The notes under the pieces were generated by a model that saw only the letters and a program-made list of their open reading frames with translations, did no database searches and was not told the DNA's origin. A stretch of DNA of 64,000 nt from Bugula neritina (lineage: Eukaryota; Animalia; Bryozoa). Below, in pieces: positions 1-34,445 of the stretch (its first letter is position 1; each line of letters begins with the position of its first letter). The DNA lies in NCBI GenBank assembly GCA_964035545.1, contig OZ037767.1, forward strand, positions 24,382,628 through 24,446,627, given 5' to 3'. The position numbers and the translations under genes are program-made.

Positions 1-571
1 GCTTCCATTAGTCTTAGAGTTTAGACTTAGCGCTTGAGAATGAGCAGACAACTGTCAACTGATGCAAGTAATTAAAGTATGCTAATATATTTATTAGTGT
101 TTATAATAATAGAACTACTCTACACGCAACAAGCTACAGCATAATATATATAAATCTATTATATCCTTTATATATTACGTTGTTCTAAAAATTATTAAGA
201 TAGTTTAATCATAATGTAGTGATATTGCAAAAGCCCTTGCTGGCTTGCATTTAGTGTTACATTATGTCACTACCTATTTCAATTTGTCCCATTATATAAG
301 TTTAGTATTTATATTATACAACAGTAACAACTAAAAACATTTACTGAAGTTTAACAATATTTAATCAACAGTTTTTACAGGCTACAAGTACAACTATAAT
401 CATCAAAAGTTGTCTATAGGGCAACAGCTTGTTGAAAGATGAAACTCAGTGCATATAGGCTATCAAATTTCAGCAGATAGTGGAGTTGGTGTTGCAATGC
501 AAATAATAATATTATACAGGTGAGCTAGGTACATACAATCAGATAAATACTGCAGTAGTAGTCTAGTAGCA

Positions 572-3321
572 ATGGCTGCACCTCAATATAAACTGACTTA
601 CTTTGATGTGAGGGGGAGAGGCGAGGCGGCCCGACTGATGTTTGCTTTAGCTAAGCAGGACTTTGAAGATCAGAGGATACAAGGGGGAGACTGGGCGACT
701 GTGAAATCAAGTAAGTTTTTATTTGATTTCTAAAAAGGCTTGATCTGAACTAGAATATTCTCATTAGTTTGCTTTTTGCATTGCAAAATCATGGCTGATA
801 TTCACTAGCCTATATTAGACAGCTAAAGGAGATGTAAGCTTTACACATCCTGCTGGTCCATAATGATAATTGCTTAATTGATAACCTGAAGAGTTCAACT
901 CAAACTAAATATTAAAGTCAATGAACATGTAAAGAAAGCTAAATGTTTTGATACAAGTTTTACTGAAATTATTTTGCATTTTCATACTTTACTACTTGCA
1001 CTAGTTGTACAGAAACTATTTCTCTCTGTTTATTTTGTCAGTATAAAATTTAGCCATTAAAGTTTTCATTAAATTAAGTATATGCCAACTTAACTAGTCA
1101 CTGTGTTGATATTCTGGTTACTTGCAGCTACACCCCAAGGATTTCTACCAGTATTGGAGACAAACGAAGGCAAGATTAGTCAAACCACAGCAATCAACAC
1201 CTACATAGCAGAGAAGTTTGGTAAGCTTGAGCTAAGTACTGTTGTAAAAAATTTCTGGTAAACCATTACTCTATATTACCTATTAGCTTACATACATTGA
1301 AATTTATTAATAATTTAGTGATGGCAGTTAGGCTCTTGCTTGACAACTCATTAATCATATGTTATAACATAGTAGCTTTACACTGAAGCGAATAATAAGC
1401 GATGCATTTTTCTGGAGGTATAAGTGACAAATTGTAGCTCTAACAAATAATTGCAATGTAAGGAGTTGTTTGCTTGTGTGATGATGCAATCCTGCTTCAC
1501 TCAAACTATGAAAATAACATGGCCAATCCAAGCAAAAATCTCCATAGTTATCTAAATAAATAAGGTAAATGTATATTTCGATACCCTTGTATCCATCTTC
1601 AGAGTTTGAGGATTTATACAATATGGCATCTGAATATATAAGTTTATTTATTTATTTAGATAAATCAAGTAGTAAACAAAAACTGTTTTTCATTTATTTA
1701 TTGTTTAATAAAGTTATCAGCCTGTAAGGATATATTTAAAATATGTTTATATAGAACACAGAGTTTTCTAAGTTTATCCATTATACACCTATACCTCGCT
1801 CTGTGGCAGGTTTTAAATTGCTACTGGGTTACCGAAATAGAAACCTATGCTCATTCATGCATATGGTATAAAATAAGATACTAGTTTACCATTATAAAGA
1901 TTTGCTTATGAGTACAAAATACAAAACAGCTTTTAGAAAAGTTGTTGACTGCTTACATGCATATACATTTTTAGCTTTCTTGCTCTCAGTTTCATGCTCT
2001 ATGAGCACACAAACACAATATTACATATATATATGTAATATATGTAATATTACCTACTAATAAACAATGAAGCAAAATGTGAACATGTAGTTATTGTATC
2101 TAAATTTTCTATCTATTGTAAGGTTTTGACAAATTAATGACATATTAGATGAAATATCTTTGTTGTTGCAGGTTTCATGCCAGATACAGCTTATGAAAAA
2201 GCTCAAGCTATTTCAATTATGTTGACATTGAATGACTTGACTGGAAGGATCAGCTCTCAGCTTTACATGCCTCTAGTATACAAAGTATGTTTGCTAAGAC
2301 CAACTAACGTCCAGCAGTATCTAACCTTTTGTCAAGCAAATTAGCAGCCCCAAGATATGACTGTTTAAACTGGGATAACGGGGTTGTGCTGGTAGCTTCC
2401 AATCTCATAAGACAGCTTAGTTGTTAAAAACAGTTGCTAATTATTAGATATGCCAATGAGGAAACCAACTGCACTTAGTATGTAGCTTGTTCAAAAATTT
2501 CCTACCCTGTAAATGAGAAATCTTACATGAGCATTATAGGCCTAACTGCAAGATATGAATGATATTCAGTATTATAATATTTTAAAGCATTAAGTTATTG
2601 TTAAAGAACTGTTTACTGCTTGAAGAGAGTCATGTGTATTGACCAGTATCAATATATAGATTTGCAAATGGATAACTGAAGCACAATACAAAAATATACA
2701 CCTGTCCTGCCTCTAAATATTATATCCTAATAACTACGTGTAAAGGTAATTTGCTGATCAGTGAATACACACTGTGCTACTATTTTACACTGAGAAATTT
2801 TGTTAGGTGATGCCAGTACCTGAAGATATTGAAGAGAAAAAGAAGACTCTTGCAGAAGAAATAAATACATGCTTAACATTTATTCAAAGTCTGTCAAAAC
2901 CGGGATCTAAATTTATTTTTAGTGACAAGGTATGTATGATGTTGACATAAAGCACAGCACTTACAGAGTAGGTTTTAGTAAAGTCCCATAACTGATAATC
3001 CCTACATGTATCTTACAGTACATTAGGTAAAATCATATATAAACTTAGCTTGTCTTTACTCCAATAAAATTTTGGGTTCGTTGAAAGATACCTGAGATTT
3101 TCATATAAACTATTTTAAATTTCTGCTGATATTATGAATGCATATTGTAGATTTCAGTGGCAGACATTTTCTTGTTCACAATAATGGAGACTCAACGCCA
3201 AGTCCTACCAGAGCTCAACTCTGATAATGAATGGTTCTTAAAAGTGTTTAATAATGTCAAGACAGATCCCAGAGTGCAAGAATACGTAAAACACAGAAAG
3301 ACATCACCTCTCGGTGTATAA
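572..3321 (+). CDS. Glutathione S-transferase, sigma-class-like (5 exons, ~212 aa)
   Basis: Exons 572-710, 1128-1220, 2172-2284, 2807-2929, 3151-3321; all introns GT-AG and phases join. The translation MAAPQYKLTYFDVRGRGEAARLMFALAKQDFEDQRI...W...PQGFLPVLE...SQTTAI...ISVADI...VKHRKTSPLGV* carries the sigma-type YKLTYF..RGR.E..R N-terminus (catalytic Tyr) and the S.AD N-cap motif. Confidence 0.9.
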
Positions 3322-3986
3322 TTTATTTACAGTTTAACGATATTGAAAAACAGATACTAATAGTAAATAACAGCATTTTTAGCTAAAATTTTTTAGTTGA
3401 GTTCAATAGCTATATTAAAATTTTAGTCAAAATAATTGTGACAAAATTTCTAAAAATGAAGTAACAGATTTTCATAAAATGATAATTCAATTCTCTAACT
3501 CTGGCCAACCAAATGTACCACAACAAATGTCACACTCACTAAAGCAAATTGATGATTTGTATTTATTCAATCACAATTGAGCTCAGTGAGTCTGTATTTC
3601 AATATTTAAAAAGTGTGGCAGGTACAAGACCATTATACTCCTCAGTGCATATTGTGCTCATCACATAGAAATTATCTCCCCATTTTTTATATTTTTCAAA
3701 CATGAGGCTTTCATGGTTGAATTAGATACAGGCATGCATGCACATGATCTTTAAGAGAACAGAAGAGTACTAAGTTTTCTAGATGCATATGCTAAAGCTA
3801 ATGACGCAGTTGTAACTGTTACTCCAAAGATGCAGCGTTTGCATTTGCATTTAAATTGCAGTGCCGGCCAGTAAAATCAAAGTGACCAATCTAAATGATT
3901 CTTTATAACATAGTTGAGATAATCAATGACAGACCAATTATTTAAATTGTAGCATTTTTCCGAATTGCAAGAAATAAACAATGTTA

Positions 3987-6211
3987 TTAGGGTTTGCTAT
4001 TTTTTAAAGACATCGTCGTGTTGATCTCCCACAGCAGATTCCGAAGCTGGTCTATAATCTCCTTTAATTGCACATTCTTCATTTTTAGTTGCTGCAAAAT
4101 TAAACATTACTAAAATACATCTTGCATTACATGAAAAGCCAACTCCAATATTATTCATCAAATATGCTTCAAATTAGACAAATATTCTGCTTCCGTACAC
4201 TTATTCACTACATGGCTAGTACAACTGGTGGCTAAAATAATCACGAGTAGTACTAGTATAATTGCATGTCATAGTGAGAATAGAGCAAGATGGCAAACTA
4301 TGCCACAGGTCATAGGTAATCACTAAGCTATCTGCCATATCTAACACAAACAGCCCATAAGTTTACCTCTGTCAGAGCCAAATGCTCTGCCAGTACTATT
4401 TTGTAGGATTCACTTTGACTATCTACTTCCATGGAACCCTCTGCTTTATCAGAGGTCGGTCTTTCATCAACAAACGGTATCAAGTCCTGAAACATGCAGT
4501 TACTTGGTTGATTCAAACAAATCAACTACCAGCACTGTTTCTGCAGATGATTTAGTATCATTGCACAGGTACCGTTAATGAAAATTCCTGATTCTGATAT
4601 TAAAATAATCTCGAAAATATGAATAAGAACTTCAAAAAGTCCCTAATATGAATATTAAACAAACTGTAGTAGCAAAGGGCATTTTTTACCAGCTTTTGTA
4701 AAATAATATCTTTTTGAATTGACATTTGCATACTTTAGGCTTGTTTCACAAATTATTCACTCTAAATCCAACATGATGTGCAGTTAGTAAAATAATAAAT
4801 GTCAGGGACCGGTTTTGTCCAGAACTTTAGTCACTAAAGACAACATAAATGTGTCAAGACATCCACTATTATAAAACTAGATGAATGATAATAAAAAGGA
4901 TCTCAGAAAAAAATGTGTCGCTTTTCCAGGCCAATAAAAAAGATGTGAAAATTGGTTTAATAAAGTATTATATTGAAACTATATATCATTCTTGCTAATA
5001 GTGTTGGAGTCTAGTAGCCGCAACTACGCAATGTAATTAGAGAGGTAAAAAATAATTTAAAGGTTATTTTCTATCAAAATATACCAACAGCATTTTCGAG
5101 AAAATTCAGCTTATGTTAATGATTGCAGTCATCACCATTGGCTAAAGAAACGTGTGTCTTTGTTGCAGATACTAGTACTAGCAAGTGGGACTTGCGCACA
5201 TGTTAAGTACCTTAGCAGGTCTCAAGTCCATGGCCTGACTAACGTTCTCTACTGTGTTGTACACAACTTTCAGTCGCCTAAAGTGATCAATCACAGTTTT
5301 AAGAGATTCCTGTAGATTTTTCTTTCTATCATTGTACGTAGCATGATTGGTTGCCAGGTGATTTGGCAACTGCAACATAAAAACATGTATTAAAATAATA
5401 GCAAGTCTTGCAGAGTCAACAGTGAACAACTATATAGAGTCTCCTCTACTGTAAGTAATAATTCCAGCATATATCAAAATAAATGAGTGCATCATTTACC
5501 TTTTGCTAGATAATTATACTGTAATAAAATAAAGAAAAACGGGGTTTGATAATTTACAGAAAAAAAAACAATTGGGTGCCGTAAGTGACATTTTTAAAAA
5601 ATCTTAGCGCACCATGTTGAACCACCTAACTAAGTAAAAGCAAATTCTTTGTAAAGATGTCAGTAAGGTGAAGTATGCCACAAATTTAGCTAGAAACAGA
5701 AGTGTAGTGTAATATGGTGTATTTCTCTTTATTTAAACTTACAGATATTATACATTTTACTTTGGAGTGAGTTCAATTTTTCCCTCGTAACTTGGTAAAG
5801 CTGGGAAAGCACACAACATGAATAGTTGGATAAGTTGAGAATGTCATGAGACTAGATGGCAGGTGACTTATAACTACAACTTACAAAAAGCTATCTAAAA
5901 ATATGTAGAACTGGGTCTATGAGGGTAATATCGAGATTGCTTACTTGAGTTCCTTTGAGATTTTGGAAAACATCGGCTGCTTTCTGAACTATTTCATGTA
6001 CAAAATCCTGACCAAGTCTGCAATGTCTTGCGAGATTGAGGTCTTTATTTTGTTCACCGATATTAGTTTCAGTAGATGACTGACTTTGTAGAGAGTTCAA
6101 TGCTATACTACGAGCACCAGGTGAAAACAGTGGTGAGTTTCCTGGTTGCTGGTGAGATGACAAATCCCCAAAACTAGAGGATATTTTTGGTTTTCCAACA
6201 TTGTGTTGCAT
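3987..6211 (-). CDS. MED30: Mediator complex subunit 30 (4 coding exons, ~216 aa)
   Basis: Exons 6211-5945, 5369-5211, 4486-4367, 4091-3987; GT-AG introns, all phase 0. Motifs N.ARHCRLGQDFVHEIV, FRRLKVVY, DLIPF and the C-terminal KNVQLKEIIDQLRNLLWEINT match recalled MED30 sequence. Confidence 0.88.
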
Positions 6212-6829
6212 GATCGCAAAAACTAAAAAAGTAGCAATATAATTACTAATTGTAATACCAAGTCTAATATAAATACTAATAGTAGTCTTATAGTCACAGC
6301 ACTAAATGGTAATTATAAACATTGTGACAAAACATCTCAATGCGTTTCAAGTAGGTCAACTAGGTTTAGTGACTTCATCAAAAACAGTTTTGCAATTTTG
6401 CATGATTATAATATAAATTATTTCAAGCATAAAAGTAAATTAAAAAATGATGACATCACTTACTAAATATAAAATGTTACAAATGAATTTGAGTATGATA
6501 ATAATGACTAAATCTAATAAAGTTAAACTGTTAGTGTAATGAATATTTATACTACCTGGTCATAGTCACATAATAATAATCATGATGATTATCACTATGA
6601 ATGATATTGATAATCATAATGATAAATTGACATTTGACTATTGGTTGTAATTGTAACAATAATTATAATATTATCAATATCATAACAAAAATATTAGTAT
6701 TACTATTAGTATTATTATTATATTTAAAATTTGTAGTAATAAATAGCATTCACACTGCCCTTATACTTATAGACTACACTTACATTGATAGTTATAAGTA
6801 TAACTATAACTATAAATATAAAATGAAGA

Positions 6830-6880
6830 TTAAGATTTTCACTTCAACTTCAAGTTACTAAATTGAAGTGAAAATCTTAA
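6830..6880. repeat. 18-bp perfect inverted repeat with 15-nt spacer, TTAA at both outer ends
   Basis: TTAAGATTTTCACTTCAA (6830-6847) is the exact reverse complement of TTGAAGTGAAAATCTTAA (6863-6880). Confidence 0.85.
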
Positions 6881-8714
6881 AGTTAATCAAATCTAACTTA
6901 GTTAGATAACATTATAAGACTGCAAACATAAAAATTACTATTATAACTAAAAACAGCAAAAAATACGACAATTGTTTAATTAGCCAAATAAATTATCACA
7001 ATAATAATCACTAAAGTAATAAATATTGCCAAAAATTCGATTTTAATGTAAACTTACGGCTGCAGTTATTGGAAAAAGACGAGAACTTTATTTTTATTTA
7101 TTGGGATCTTTAAATACTGGTTAATTATTCGGTATTACGAAAATACGCAGAATTAAAGTAATATGTCGAAGTTGTCAGATCCAAAAATTTTGATTTATTA
7201 ATGAAATAAAATTAAACTTAATTTAAAAAAAATTCAATATAAATATCTGAATTTATAAACGCTTTTCTAAACTATCTTTTCTTTTCTGATTTACAATAGT
7301 ATGATAATGATAATCATACAGAATCATCTGCTCTTACCATTAGACATGAGAAATAAAAATTTCTTTCAATACAGATAAAATCATTTTTAGATTTGAAAAC
7401 TCTTATTTACAAAGATCTGACTAATTTTCCACCTTTTTAAGTTTTAAATAGAATTACATGGTTATTTTGAAAATATATGACTATTTAAATCTATATGATA
7501 TTAGGTAACACAACATAGATAGATTTCCAAGTTTAATTTGGGGAATACTTTAGTTTTATACACTACACACATGCATGCATGCACACACATACACATAATA
7601 TACAACTTATAGCATTTGTCACAATAAAAATATGATTTGAAACCTTGAAGGTGTATTTTACTATGTTTGATTCTGGTTTTGAATAGTTAACTATAAATAA
7701 AATATTTTCCTATCAATATTATTTTTAACAGCTGTTTATATGTGTTTACATTGATGTAAATGCAGAATATGCATAATTTATGTTTCTTGCACTTGTCTTA
7801 ATTATATCAAGATGTTTTTTGTAAGATCAGACATGTTCTTCGTAATTTACCTTCACAGACATCTTGCTCAATAAAAGAGGTTGGAATTTTCATACAAAAA
7901 ATCTAGAAATTATCCAATTTACATAATCTATCAGTTAGTATGTTTGAATTATTGTGCTGGATTACATCAGCTCATTATATAATTATAATGTCAAGCCCGT
8001 TGCTAGTTCTTATTCCTAGAAAATTCCACAATGGTGACTGCTGATGTTTGACTAGAACATTAAAACTATGACCATTTGCATTGTATAGTAAACCTGTAGA
8101 ACTCTGTTAATACATTATACTGTTAGCTGATACCATCAGATAATTCTAAGCTTCAACACTTATTCACAGCTGCTTCTTTGGGGGAGTATAATTATCATTA
8201 AGTGCTGAGTGAAAAGTTACTGTCTAGTTTAACTTTATTATAAGTATGTTTGCTAATTTATTATCTAGAAAGTGATAGTTTAAAGTAACTAATAATCTTA
8301 TAATTATTATACATCATAGAAAAATTTTCCAACAAAGCAATAAAATACGTATATATATTAATTAAAAATATAGTTTCTTTTATGCAACTCAGTGCATGTG
8401 TATATCTAGTCATTTTATATAGAATCAAATAGCTTTTGTCATAAGACAGCTCTAGTACCATGATAATCTCATATTTAACAAAAACTTGATTGTTGTGCCT
8501 TATTAAGGCATGTATATATAATTATAGTGCATATCTTAAGGCATAATTATAATATCACACAGAAATACTGTGATAAATATTGTATTTGCTACATAATGTT
8601 TCAATGTATATTTTTATATCATTAGTATTAAAGCATCCAATGTAATATTATATGATATATTATGTAGTCATGCAATATACATATTAGACACAATTTCCTT
8701 GGCAAATATGAAAG

Positions 8715-29187
<20,473 letters not shown>

Positions 29188-30252
29188 TTTATATAATCTA
29201 CAGGTGTAAGTGCTGCTGATGGCAGGTAATCTTAGTAGCTAATGAGTTTAGGAACATCTCTAACCCTCTCACTCTTTAAACAATGTATAGCCTGTGGCCC
29301 ATCAACATGAGGTCATTTGAGTGTATTGCTAGGTTTGTATAGTGCTGTTTTTGGAATCCAAGTCTATGGCAATGTGCTATAATACCCGTATTAATTATTA
29401 TCAGAAGTACGATTATTAATTAGCCAATTTATGGCTTGCTACATGCAGAAAAATATTATAACATCCAATTACATATCAAGCTGTTAAATAGAAAAATTCT
29501 GCTGCATGTACTACACATATTTAGCCTTAGAGTTAATGACTCTGATTTATTCAAGGAAAAGCCAAAGTAATTTCCATCGAAGATTAGCAGTTTATAAATA
29601 TTTTCCAGCAGTAAGCATTCAGTTTTAATAATACATAAAGCAGTTTTGCGTCATGTTATTCAAATTTTAATTGAAAATTAGACAATTAATGCAGATATAA
29701 AGTTTCATCAAATTGATGACAGTACTTCAGTATGCAATAAATTTATGCATGTAGGACATCTCATTTCAGATTATATGAAATACATCTAAATTATGAAATC
29801 TCAATTATTAAAACAAGTATTGAATCAATTATTAATATACAAAGTTAGCCAATTTATCAATATATGTAATACATATTACCACCATTATTAAACAATGCGC
29901 GAAATATATTATTTTAGCAACTAATATTTTCGAAAAGTTATGCTTATGGATGTATAAGTTTATGTGACTAGAATTTGTTTATGATTTGTGCAAAATTCAT
30001 GGATATGTTGGAGATAGACAAAGCTCAGCCAATTATAAAACAGATAGAAAGTAGTTATATGATTAATTAATAAAACAACTTTTAAATGATTGATAGTTTG
30101 TATCTGTTGTGCAGCTTGTGTGCAGCATCTTCAACACTTTATAACACAAGGTATAACATAAAAATTTATAGCAAAATATGAAATGCCAGATACTATTTGC
30201 TAATTGTGTTGCTTAAATTAAGCTATGATAAACAGAAAAGTTAGTAATTATT

Positions 30253-30498
30253 TGTGTGTGTGTGTGTTTGTGCGCGTGTGTGTGTGAGTGTGTGAGTGTG
30301 TGAGTGTGAGTGTGCGTGTGTGTGCGTGTGTGTGCGTGTGTGTGCGTGTGTGTGCGTATGTGTGCGTGTGTGTGCGTGTGTGTGCGTGTGTGTGCGTGTG
30401 TGTGTGTGTGTGCGTGTGTGTGCGTGTGTGTGTGTGTGTGAGTGTGTAAGTGTATGTGTTTGCGTTTGTGGCTGTGGCTGTGGCTGTGGTTGTGGTTG
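30253..30498. repeat. Compound (GT)n / (GTGTGTGTGC)n / (TGTGGC)n microsatellite
   Basis: Directly visible; it produces the spurious CVCV ORF. Confidence 0.95.
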
Positions 30499-31828
30499 TT
30501 TTACTTCACACTATTTCTGCAGATTGTGTGCAGCAGCTCAGCTATGAGTCATGTTAGTACAAGATCCCCTGAGAGTCATTTAATTCATGTAAATTGAAAA
30601 TCATGTTTGGAGAGTGCTTGGCTTGGCTTGTGAATCATTTGTCTATTTGTTGCGCTTTAACCTGTTGCGGTTTTATAGTGCATATGAGCAGCTGGAAAAC
30701 ATTCTATAAATTAGCTTGTTCATGTATCTCCTGAAATTATTAAGACGTTACAATAATCAATGTACAATACTCAGCATATTATAAGTATCATTATGCTGTA
30801 TACTGTTTATGTAAAAGTTAGTTTAACATGCAGTATGTATCATTGGGTTGCACATGAGCATTACAGCTTGTTTGATGCTATGGATATTGTGATAATTTTA
30901 ACTTTACCTCAATTTGTCTCAATTTTTCATCAAATTATATATTAAACTGATAATACAACTTTACATCCCTTACTTGGATACATGTGGAAGATATAATTAG
31001 TATTGTTTTTTTGCAATTATATATTATTGATTTTATTACAGGCGTCTTGGTAAATGCTTTGTTTTAATAATAATTTCATAAAGCAATAAGCTGCTATCTA
31101 ATGCTAATTATGCTTTTTAAACAACTATTTGCTCAAACTGCAAATTAAAGATATATCACAGTCATATCATCTAAAGCAAAAATATTTTAAAATGTGCAAG
31201 ATATGTACATAAAGTTATAAGCAGATAAATTCACAACATCACAGAGTCAATTCTCCTAATTATAAAATAGTTCAATCCAGTTACAATACTTACAGAGGAT
31301 AAGAAATAATTATACAATAAAAGAGCACAGCTGTACTCTGTTAGTTATATAAATTTACTCTATGTTGTTATTACTAATTAATATGCATAGCTTCTATAGC
31401 AACAGATTAAGTGACATGTAATTTAGAATGGCTTACTCTACTTGGCTTACCATCAGCACACGTTATAATAATAATATTATTATTATGCATTGCTTTTACA
31501 GGCGAGTGATATAGTTGGAGTAGAAGTTGTCTTTTCATTCTGTGATTAGTTACTGCCATTGTTCTCAAAAAGAGGAACTTGGCGAATGAATTACGCTGTA
31601 GTACTAAATGGCGAGTCGAGTTTCTTTTAACGTAAATATATAATATCCTTTCGTCTATTAGTTGAATCAGTTTAGTGAGCCAATAACATTTGGTCTCATG
31701 TACTGCATAGCAACTCACTTGTAAACAGCGTTTCAATGCTTCAGACACAAGTTAATGCCTTGTATTTGTAGTGTACTTACAGTGTTAGCTTTTATTCGAT
31801 AAAAGGGTAATTTGTTATAAAACTTAAA

Positions 31829-34445
31829 ATGGGACAAGATTATTATTTGGTACTGTCTCTTACACGAAGTGCTGACGACGAATTAATTAAAAAAGCGTAA
31901 GTATTTTCACTTGAATTATTCATCATACGTGAAATCATTTTTTTATCATTTTGATTACTGATTATTGTAGTTGTACTAGCACTCTAGCAGTTGTCAACGG
32001 TGATTAAATGACTATAAAATATCATTAGTACATATTGTAAAACTATTTTAACGCATTTAAATAAAATCTGATCGAAAGACTAGTTTTGATAAAGTAAGAA
32101 TGAAAAATTGTTGGGAATAAGAATGGTCAAAGACTCAGAATGACTCGATCAAAATTGTATTTATGTGCAATCATAATAATAGCTAATGAATTTTTAGCAT
32201 GAGAATTATCAATATTTATTTAACATTTTATTGTGAAAATATGAGTATCACAAAGTATAGAGTTTTTGAAGAACCTGTAATGTTAGTTATTATATAGTTT
32301 TTATTTTTTTACAACCAATTTTTACACAGATACAGGAAGCTAGCACTAAAATTTCACCCTGAAAAAAATCCTGGAGACCAAAATAGTCAAGAAAAGTTTA
32401 AACACATTGCTGAAGCTTATGACGTCTTAAGCGATCCAAGGAAGCGAGCAGTGTATGATCAGTTTGGAGAAGAGGGTTTAAAAGGTAAGGATCTCAATGA
32501 TAGGCTGCTGATTTGTTGTTAGCCTAAATTTAAGATAAATCTATTATTATTTTGAGAAACATTTAATTTATTAAGCTTGCAATAATTTAGGTGGAGTTCC
32601 AAAAAGCAGTGTAGAAGCTGGAGCATGGACACACGGTTACACCTTCCATGGAGATGCTGAAAAAATATTCCGAGACTTCTTTGGTGGAAGCAACCCTTTT
32701 CAAGGTAATAATTGTTTTATTAAAAATTCTAACTTCTATTAATTAAAAAACATGGGCCATCAAAATTTCAAGTTATTGTAACAAATCCTTGTAGAGTTTT
32801 ATGATCGAGTTGATGGAGACATGAGCATGAGTTTTGGTGGACTCTATGGCCGGGGTCGTAGGAAGCAGGATCAGTCAATTGAAAGAGATCTTGCACTTTC
32901 CTTAGAAGAAGTTTATCATGGCTGTACAAAGAAAATGAAGGTATATCAAGCCCAGAGCATTGCTATAGAATCCTTATGTTACTTTCACTGTTTTTAACAG
33001 AAGAAAACGTTTAGTAGACTGCTAAGCCATAATTGTTCTATTGATTTGAAACTAAAATATCATTATATTTTGGCCAGTAAAACTAAAACAAAAGTGTCAG
33101 ATATAGAGTAAAAAGTACTGGTGTAGTTTTGATAATTAAATAAGTAATTTACTTAAACATAATGATTTTATTCAGATCTCTAGAAGAGTTATGAATGATG
33201 ATGGACACACGTCTAGTATTAGAGACAAGATTCTCACAATTACAGTAAAGAAAGGGTGGAAGCCAGGAACTAGAATTACTTTCCCTGAGGAAGGGGATCA
33301 GGGACCTAACAATGTACCAGGTAGTGTCTTCTTAACATATGCAGTTTAGTGTGGTTATACTTGTTCACTACTTTTCTGAAATCACATGTTAAAACTATAC
33401 ACTATTTTTCTTTATAACATTTTAAATATGTAGAACATATATGCATACATATATGTATATATTACTAATACAATTTTGCTGATCCTAAGTTTGAGTCACG
33501 ATTTTAATTCATAAAATTTTACTAACAAAACTTATATAGCTTACTTAACATTAGTTTATATGTTTTAGCTGACATTGTGTTCATCGTAAAAGACAAGCCT
33601 CATGCAAGATTTAGGCGAGAAGGAATTGACTTGATATACACAGCAAAGATTCCTCTAGGTAAAGCGTTGACAGGGTGCATGGTAGAGGTACTCACTCTGG
33701 ACGAGAGAATCATCAACATACCAGTGAATGACATAGTACAGTAAGTAATATATATTACAGTATGCACTGTATATGATATAGTACAGTAAGTAATATATAT
33801 TACAGTATGCACTGTATATGATATAGTACAGTAAGTAATATATACTGCAGTATGCACTGTATATGGTATAGTACATTGAGTAATATATATTACACTCTAT
33901 GTTGTATATATACACTGTTATATTGAAAGTTATCACCAAGACAACTGTGGCGTAGCAAAGTTTTATACGTGTAGTTCAGTTGTTGATAGAATTCGAGGGA
34001 ATAATATTTCAACTTTGCATTAGCTACATTTTTAAGTATTCAGTTCTACTCTAGTTTATTATGTTCCATGTATTGTCAATTAATGCAACTCCCAATAACT
34101 GTGCTGTCGATCAGGATAAAGACATCGGCCTGTATCTATATGAATATCTAAAAAAATTTTAAAAGATTCATTGCATGGTTTTGATCATTTGCTATATGAT
34201 ATTGAAGTATAGTTGAACCCTCAAAGTTTCATAGCTAGGTTTTTGTATACAAAAATATACACCATTAACTGAAAATGTTGTCTTTTATTTTCAGCCATGG
34301 ATACACAAAGGAAGTTGCTGGCGAAGGAATGCCGGTATCAGGAGAGCCTGGAGTAAAAGGAAACCTTATTATTGAGTTTGATATTCAGTTCCCTCAGGCA
34401 CTGACGCCAGAAAAGAAGCATCTCATCAAAAGAGCTTTGTTATAA
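31829..34445 (+). CDS. DNAJB13: DnaJ homolog subfamily B member 13 (radial-spoke HSP40; 7 exons, 316 aa)
   Basis: Exons 31829-31896, 32330-32484, 32591-32704, 32795-32940, 33176-33320, 33569-33740, 34295-34445. MGQDYY start, non-canonical [63 protein letters not shown] and FDIQFP..LTPEKK..L all match recalled DNAJB13. Confidence 0.93.
33731..33895. repeat. 45-bp minisatellite (~3.6 units) spanning a splice donor
   Basis: ATAGTACA|GTAAGTAATATATATTACAGTATGCACTGTATATGAT is repeated; GTAAGT recurs at 33741, 33786 and 33831. Confidence 0.92.

Noticed and set aside
30296-30547. Cys-rich CVCVC ORF resembling a metallothionein
   Set aside because: (GT)n microsatellite artefact with a non-ATG start.
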